NCBI GenBank assembly: GCA_964016885.1
Contig: OZ024744.1
Span: 23,560,001-23,624,000, forward strand
Reading direction: 5' to 3'
From: Eledone cirrhosa
Taxonomy: Eukaryota
DNA: 64,000 nt
Within the stretch, counting starts at the first letter, position 1; each line of letters begins with the position of its first letter. The translations under genes and the position numbers were made by a program. Shown in pieces: positions 57,373 to 64,000 of this stretch. The notes beneath the pieces were generated by a model. The model was not told the origin of the DNA, ran no database searches, and saw nothing but the letters and a program-made list of their open reading frames with translations.

Positions 57373-60300
57373 CTCGTTTTAACAACAGTTGAATCTTAAG
57401 ATAAAACTCGTTTTAACAACAGCTGAATCTTAAGATAAAACTCGTTTTAACAACAGTTGAATCTTAAGATAAAACTCGTTTTAACAACAGTTGAATCTTA
57501 AGAACTGACTCATTTTAACAACAGTTGAATCTTAAGAACTGATTCGTTTTAACAACAGCTGAATCTTAAGATAAACTCGTTTTAACAACAGTTGAATCTT
57601 AAGATAAACCTCGTTTTAACAACATTTGAATCTTAAGAACTGACTCGTTTTAACAACAGCTGCATCTTAAGATAAAACTCGTTTTAACAACAGTTGAATC
57701 CTAAGAACTGACTCGTTTTATCAACAGTTCAACCTGAAGAACTGACTCGTTTTAACAACAGTTGAATCTTCAAATAAAACTCGTTTTAACTACAGTTGAA
57801 TCTTAAGAACTGACTCGTTTTAACAACAGTTGAATCTTAAGATAAAACTCGTTTTAACAACAGCTGAATCTTAAGATAAAACTCGTTTTAACAACAGTTG
57901 AATCTTAAGAACTGACTCATTTTAACAACAGTTGAATCTTAAGAACTGATTCGTTTTAACAACAGTTGAATCTTCAAATAAAACTCGTTTTAACAACAGT
58001 TGAATATTATGATAAAACTCATTTTAACAACAGTTGATTCTTAAGATAAAACTCGTTTTAACGACAGTTGAATCTTAAGAACTGACTCGTTTTAACAACA
58101 GCTGAATCTTAAGATAAAACTCGTTTTAACAACAGTTGAATCTTAAGATAAAATTCGTTTTAACAATAGTTGAATGTTAAGAACTGGTTCGTTTTAACAA
58201 CAGTTGGATCTAAAGATAAAACTCGTTTTAACAACAGTTGAATCTTAAGAACTGACTCGTTTTAACAACAGTTGAATCTTAAGAACTGACTCGTTTTATC
58301 AACAGTTCAACCTTAAGAACTGACTCGTTTTAACAACAGTTGAATCTTCAAATAAAACTCGTTTTAACAACAGTTGAATCTTAGGAACTGATTCGTTTTA
58401 ACAACAGCTGAATCTTAAGATAAACTCGTATTAACAACAGTTGAATCTTAAGATAAACCTCGTTTTAACAACATTTGAATCTTAAGAACTGACTCGTTTT
58501 AACAACAGCTGAATCTTAAGATAAAACTCGTTTTAACAACAGTTGAATCTTAAGAACTGACTCGTTTTATCAACAGTTCAACCTTAAGAACTGACTCGTT
58601 TTAACAACAGTTGAATCTTCAAATAAAACTCGTTTTAACAACAGTTGAATCTTCAAATAAAACTCGTTTTAACAACAGTTGAATATTATGATAAACCTCA
58701 TTTTAACAACAGCTGATTCTTAAGATAAAACTCGTTTTAACAACAGTTGAATCTTAAGAACTGACTCGTTTTAACAACAGCTGAATCTTAAGATAAAACT
58801 CGTTTTAACAACAGTTGAATCTTAAGATAAAATTCGTATTAACAATAGTTGAATGTTAAGAACTGGTTCGTTTTAACAACAGTTGGATCTTAAGATAAAA
58901 CTCGTTTTAACAACAGTTGAATCTTAAGAACTGACTCTTTTTAACAACAGTTGAATCTTAAGAACTGACTCGTTTTAACAACAGTTGAATCTTAAGATAA
59001 AACTCGTTTTAACAACAGCTGAATCTTAAGATAAAACTCGTTTTAACAACAGTTGAATCTTAAGATAAAACTCGTTTTAACAACAGTTGAATCTTAAGAA
59101 CTGACTCATTTTAACAACAGTTGAATCTTAATAACTGATTCGTTTTAACAACAGATGAATCTTAAGATAAAACTCGTTTTAACAACAGTTGAATCTTAAG
59201 AACTGACTCGTTTTAACAACGGCTGAATCTTAAGATAAAACTCGTTTTACAACAGTTGAATCTTAAGAACTGATTCGTTTTAACAACAGCTGAATATTAA
59301 GATAAACTCGTTTTAACAACAGTTGAATCTTAACATAAACCTCGTTTTAACAACATTTGAATCTTAAAAACTGACTCGTTTTAACAACAGCTGAATCTTA
59401 AGATAAAACTCGTTTTAACAACAGTTGAATCTTCAAATAAAACTCGTTTTAACAACAGTTGAATATTATGATAAAACTCATTTTAACAACAGTTGATTCT
59501 TAAGATAAAACTCGTTTTAACAACAGTTGAATCTTAAGAACTGACTCGTTTTAACAACAGTTGAATCTTAAGAACTGACTCGTTTTATCAACAGTTCAAC
59601 CTTAAGAACTGACTCGTTTTAACAACAGTTGAATCTTCAAATAAAACTCGTTTTAACAACAGTTGAATCTTAAGAACTCACTCGTTTTAACAACAGTTGA
59701 ATCTTAAGATAAAACTCGTTTTAACAACAGTTGAATCTTAAGATAAAACTCGTTTTAACAACAGCTGAATCTTAAGATAAAACTCGTTTTAACAACAGTT
59801 GAATCTTAAGATAAAACTCGTTTTAACAACAGTTGAATCTTAAGAACTGACTCATTTTAACAACAGTTGAATCTTAAGAACTGATTCGTTTTAACAACAG
59901 CTGAATCTTAAGATAAACTCGTTTTAACAACAGTTGAATCTTAAGATAAACCTCGTTTTAACAACATTTGAATCTTAAGAACTGACTCGTTTTAACAACA
60001 GCTGCATCTTAAGATAAAACTCGTTTTAACAACAGTTGAATCCTAAGAACTGACTCGTTTTATCAACAGTTCAACCTGAAGAACTGACTCGTTTTAACAA
60101 CAGTTGAATCTTCAAATAAAACTCGTTTTAACTACAGTTGAATCTTAAGAACTGACTCGTTTTAACAACAGTTGAATCTTAAGATAAAACTCGTTTTAAC
60201 AACAGCTGAATCTTAAGATAAAACTCGTTTTAACAACAGTTGAATCTTAAGAACTGACTCATTTTAACAACAGTTGAATCTTAAGAACTGATTCGTTTTA

Positions 60301-63300
60301 ACAACAGTTGAATCTTCAAATAAAACTCGTTTTAACAACAGTTGAATATTATGATAAAACTCATTTTAACAACAGTTGATTCTTAAGATAAAACTCGTTT
60401 TAACGACAGTTGAATCTTAAGAACTGACTCGTTTTAACAACAGCTGAATCTTAAGATAAAACTCGTTTTAACAACAGTTGAATCTTAAGATAAAATTCGT
60501 TTTAACAATAGTTGAATGTTAAGAACTGGTTCGTTTTAACAACAGTTGGATCTAAAGATAAAACTCGTTTTAACAACAGTTGAATCTTAAGAACTGACTC
60601 GTTTTAACAACAGTTGAATCTTAAGAACTGACTCGTTTTATCAACAGTTCAACCTTAAGAACTGACTCGTTTTAACAACAGTTGAATCTTCAAATAAAAC
60701 TCGTTTTAACAACAGTTGAATCTTAGGAACTGATTCGTTTTAACAACAGCTGAATCTTAAGATAAACTCGTATTAACAACAGTTGAATCTTAAGATAAAC
60801 CTCGTTTTAACAACATTTGAATCTTAAGAACTGACTCGTTTTAACAACAGCTGAATCTTAAGATAAAACTCGTTTTAACAACAGTTGAATCTTAAGAACT
60901 GACTCGTTTTATCAACAGTTCAACCTTAAGAACTGACTCGTTTTAACAACAGTTGAATCTTCAAATAAAACTCGTTTTAACAACAGTTGAATCTTCAAAT
61001 AAAACTCGTTTTAACAACAGTTGAATATTATGATAAACCTCATTTTAACAACAGCTGATTCTTAAGATAAAACTCGTTTTAACAACAGTTGAATCTTAAG
61101 AACTGACTCGTTTTAACAACAGCTGAATCTTAAGATAAAACTCGTTTTAACAACAGTTGAATCTTAAGATAAAATTCGTATTAACAATAGTTGAATGTTA
61201 AGAACTGGTTCGTTTTAACAACAGTTGGATCTTAAGATAAAACTCGTTTTAACAACAGTTGAATCTTAAGAACTGACTCTTTTTAACAACAGTTGAATCT
61301 TAAGAACTGACTCGTTTTAACAACAGTTGAATCTTAAGATAAAACTCGTTTTAACAACAGCTGAATCTTAAGATAAAACTCGTTTTAACAACAGTTGAAT
61401 CTTAAGATAAAACTCGTTTTAACAACAGTTGAATCTTAAGAACTGACTCATTTTAACAACAGTTGAATCTTAATAACTGATTCGTTTTAACAACAGATGA
61501 ATCTTAAGATAAAACTCGTTTTAACAACAGTTGAATCTTAAGAACTGACTCGTTTTAACAACGGCTGAATCTTAAGATAAAACTCGTTTTACAACAGTTG
61601 AATCTTAAGAACTGATTCGTTTTAACAACAGCTGAATATTAAGATAAACTCGTTTTAACAACAGTTGAATCTTAACATAAACCTCGTTTTAACAACATTT
61701 GAATCTTAAAAACTGACTCGTTTTAACAACAGCTGAATCTTAAGAACTGACTCTTTTTAACAACAGTTGAATCTTAAGAACTGACTCGTTTTAACAACAG
61801 TTGAATCTTAAGATAAAACTCGTTTTAACAACAGCTGAATCTTAAGATAAAACTCGTTTTAACAACAGTTGAATCTTAAGATAAAACTCGTTTTAACAAC
61901 AGTTGAATCTTAAGAACTGACTCATTTTAACAACAGTTGAATCTTAATAACTGATTCGTTTTAACAACAGATGAATCTTAAGATAAAACTCGTTTTAACA
62001 ACAGTTGAATCTTAAGAACTGACTCGTTTTAACAACGGCTGAATCTTAAGATAAAACTCGTTTTACAACAGTTGAATCTTAAGAACTGATTCGTTTTAAC
62101 AACAGCTGAATATTAAGATAAACTCGTTTTAACAACAGTTGAATCTTAACATAAACCTCGTTTTAACAACATTTGAATCTTAAAAACTGACTCGTTTTAA
62201 CAACAGCTGAATCTTAAGATAAAACTCGTTTTAACAACAGTTGAATCTTCAAATAAAACTCGTTTTAACAACAGTTGAATATTATGATAAAACTCATTTT
62301 AACAACAGTTGATTCTTAAGATAAAACTCGTTTTAACAACAGTTGAATCTTAAGAACTGACTCGTTTTAACAACAGTTGAATCTTAAGAACTGACTCGTT
62401 TTATCAACAGTTCAACCTTAAGAACTGACTCGTTTTAACAACAGTTGAATCTTCAAATAAAACTCGTTTTAACAACAGTTGAATCTTAAGAACTCACTCG
62501 TTTTAACAACAGTTGAATCTTAAGATAAAACTCGTTTTAACAACAGTTGAATCTTAAGATAAAACTCGTTTTAACAACAGCTGAATCTTAAGATAAAACT
62601 CGTTTTAACAACAGTTGAATCTTAAGATAAAACTCGTTTTAACAACAGTTGAATCTTAAGAACTGACTCATTTTAACAACAGTTGAATCTTAAGAACTGA
62701 TTCGTTTTAACAACAGCTGAATCTTAAGATAAACTCGTTTTAACAACAGTTGAATCTTAAGATAAACCTCGTTTTAACAACATTTGAATCTTAAGAACTG
62801 ACTCGTTTTAACAACAGCTGCATCTTAAGATAAAACTCGTTTTAACAACAGTTGAATCCTAAGAACTGACTCGTTTTATCAACAGTTCAACCTGAAGAAC
62901 TGACTCGTTTTAACAACAGTTGAATCTTCAAATAAAACTCGTTTTAACTACAGTTGAATCTTAAGAACTGACTCGTTTTAACAACAGTTGAATCTTAAGA
63001 TAAAACTCGTTTTAACAACAGCTGAATCTTAAGATAAAACTCGTTTTAACAACAGTTGAATCTTAAGAACTGACTCATTTTAACAACAGTTGAATCTTAA
63101 GAACTGATTCGTTTTAACAACAGTTGAATCTTCAAATAAAACTCGTTTTAACAACAGTTGAATATTATGATAAAACTCATTTTAACAACAGTTGATTCTT
63201 AAGATAAAACTCGTTTTAACGACAGTTGAATCTTAAGAACTGACTCGTTTTAACAACAGCTGAATCTTAAGATAAAACTCGTTTTAACAACAGTTGAATC

Positions 63301-64000
63301 TTAAGATAAAATTCGTTTTAACAATAGTTGAATGTTAAGAACTGGTTCGTTTTAACAACAGTTGGATCTAAAGATAAAACTCGTTTTAACAACAGTTGAA
63401 TCTTAAGAACTGACTCGTTTTAACAACAGTTGAATCTTAAGAACTGACTCGTTTTATCAACAGTTCAACCTTAAGAACTGACTCGTTTTAACAACAGTTG
63501 AATCTTCAAATAAAACTCGTTTTAACAACAGTTGAATCTTAGGAACTGATTCGTTTTAACAACAGCTGAATCTTAAGATAAACTCGTATTAACAACAGTT
63601 GAATCTTAAGATAAACCTCGTTTTAACAACATTTGAATCTTAAGAACTGACTCGTTTTAACAACAGCTGAATCTTAAGATAAAACTCGTTTTAACAACAG
63701 TTGAATCTTAAGAACTGACTCGTTTTATCAACAGTTCAACCTTAAGAACTGACTCGTTTTAACAACAGTTGAATCTTCAAATAAAACTCGTTTTAACAAC
63801 AGTTGAATCTTCAAATAAAACTCGTTTTAACAACAGTTGAATATTATGATAAACCTCATTTTAACAACAGCTGATTCTTAAGATAAAACTCGTTTTAACA
63901 ACAGTTGAATCTTAAGAACTGACTCGTTTTAACAACAGCTGAATCTTAAGATAAAACTCGTTTTAACAACAGTTGAATCTTAAGATAAAATTCGTATTAA
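57373..64000. repeat. Tandem triplication of a 2342-bp unit (69 monomers minus 4 bp); third copy cut by the window end
   Basis: TTAGGAACTG lies at 58381, 60723 (+2342) and 63539 (+2816 = 2342+474). GGATCTAAAG also occurs once per copy. Confidence 0.88.
61260..62207. repeat. Nested tandem duplication, 474-bp unit (14 monomers minus 2 bp), inside the second 2342-bp copy
   Basis: GACTCTTTTT 61275/61749. The CAGATG, CGGCTG and CTTAACATAA variants are all repeated at +474. Confidence 0.88.

Larger units (their letters stand above)
1..64000. repeat. 34-bp tandem satellite array (~1,880 monomers, types A and B), extends beyond both window ends
   Basis: The monomer start YTCG recurs at 3, 37, 71 and so on (34-bp period) throughout. 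Consensus is CTCGTTTTAACAACAGTTGAATCTTAAGA followed by TAAAA or ACTGA. Orientation is the same everywhere and I saw no non-satellite interruption. Confidence 0.99.

Noticed and set aside
1-64000. CRISPR array
   Set aside because: Units are contiguous with no unique spacers, and variation is limited to a few recurring substitutions. There is no leader or cas gene.
1-64000. Repeat-protein CDS on either strand
   Set aside because: On the plus strand each consensus monomer has stops in all three frames (TAA at 8, TGA at 18, TAA at 25). On the minus strand there are two TAA per monomer, and the 34-bp period shifts the frame every unit. ATG is also very rare.
1-64000. Minus-strand ORF under a ciliate-type code (TAA/TAG = Gln)
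   Set aside because: The consensus lacks minus-strand TGA, but common variants (CTCA, GTTCA, CTTCA on plus) introduce it frequently. The 1-bp indels and non-triplet period show no frame conservation.
1-64000. Telomeric repeat, plasmid iterons or tandem RNA-gene cluster
   Set aside because: There is no G-rich short unit, the scale is far beyond iteron clusters with no rep gene, and the unit is too short and dissimilar for tRNA, 5S or snRNA genes.
1-64000. E-box/MYB-like motifs (CAGTTG, CAGCTG) as regulatory sites; CENP-B box
   Set aside because: The hexamers are repeated only because they are part of the monomer, and there is no gene context. The TTCG variant lacks the downstream CGGG required for a CENP-B box.
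1-64000. Inversion or embedded transposable element
   Set aside because: I saw no reverse-orientation monomers (TTAAAACGAG) or non-satellite segments on reading through. A very small event could have been missed by eye.

Overview
The whole 64-kb window is one uninterrupted, head-to-tail, single-orientation AT-rich (~30% GC) satellite array of a 34-bp monomer, about 1,880 copies, running off both ends. There are two main monomer types: A = CTCGTTTTAACAACAGTTGAATCTTAAGATAAAA and B = CTCGTTTTAACAACAGTTGAATCTTAAGAACTGA. I see no genes, RNA genes, mobile elements, CRISPR spacers or unique sequence. The structure is hierarchical. Each monomer contains a cryptic 17-bp half-repeat, and type A is tiled by three dyad symmetries. 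Above that are an A/B binary alternation and a degenerate ~5-10-mer unit (often 8-mer, 272 bp). On top sit many recent, overlapping tandem duplications of 0.5-5.6 kb, each a whole number of monomers after allowing for 1-bp indels. This organisation is typical of eukaryotic (peri)centromeric or heterochromatic satellite, but the organism and function cannot be determined from the sequence. Duplication periods were measured by hand from rare marker variants, and boundaries are approximate to about one monomer. I found no evidence for a new gene-encoded system; any novelty lies in the satellite family and its architecture.
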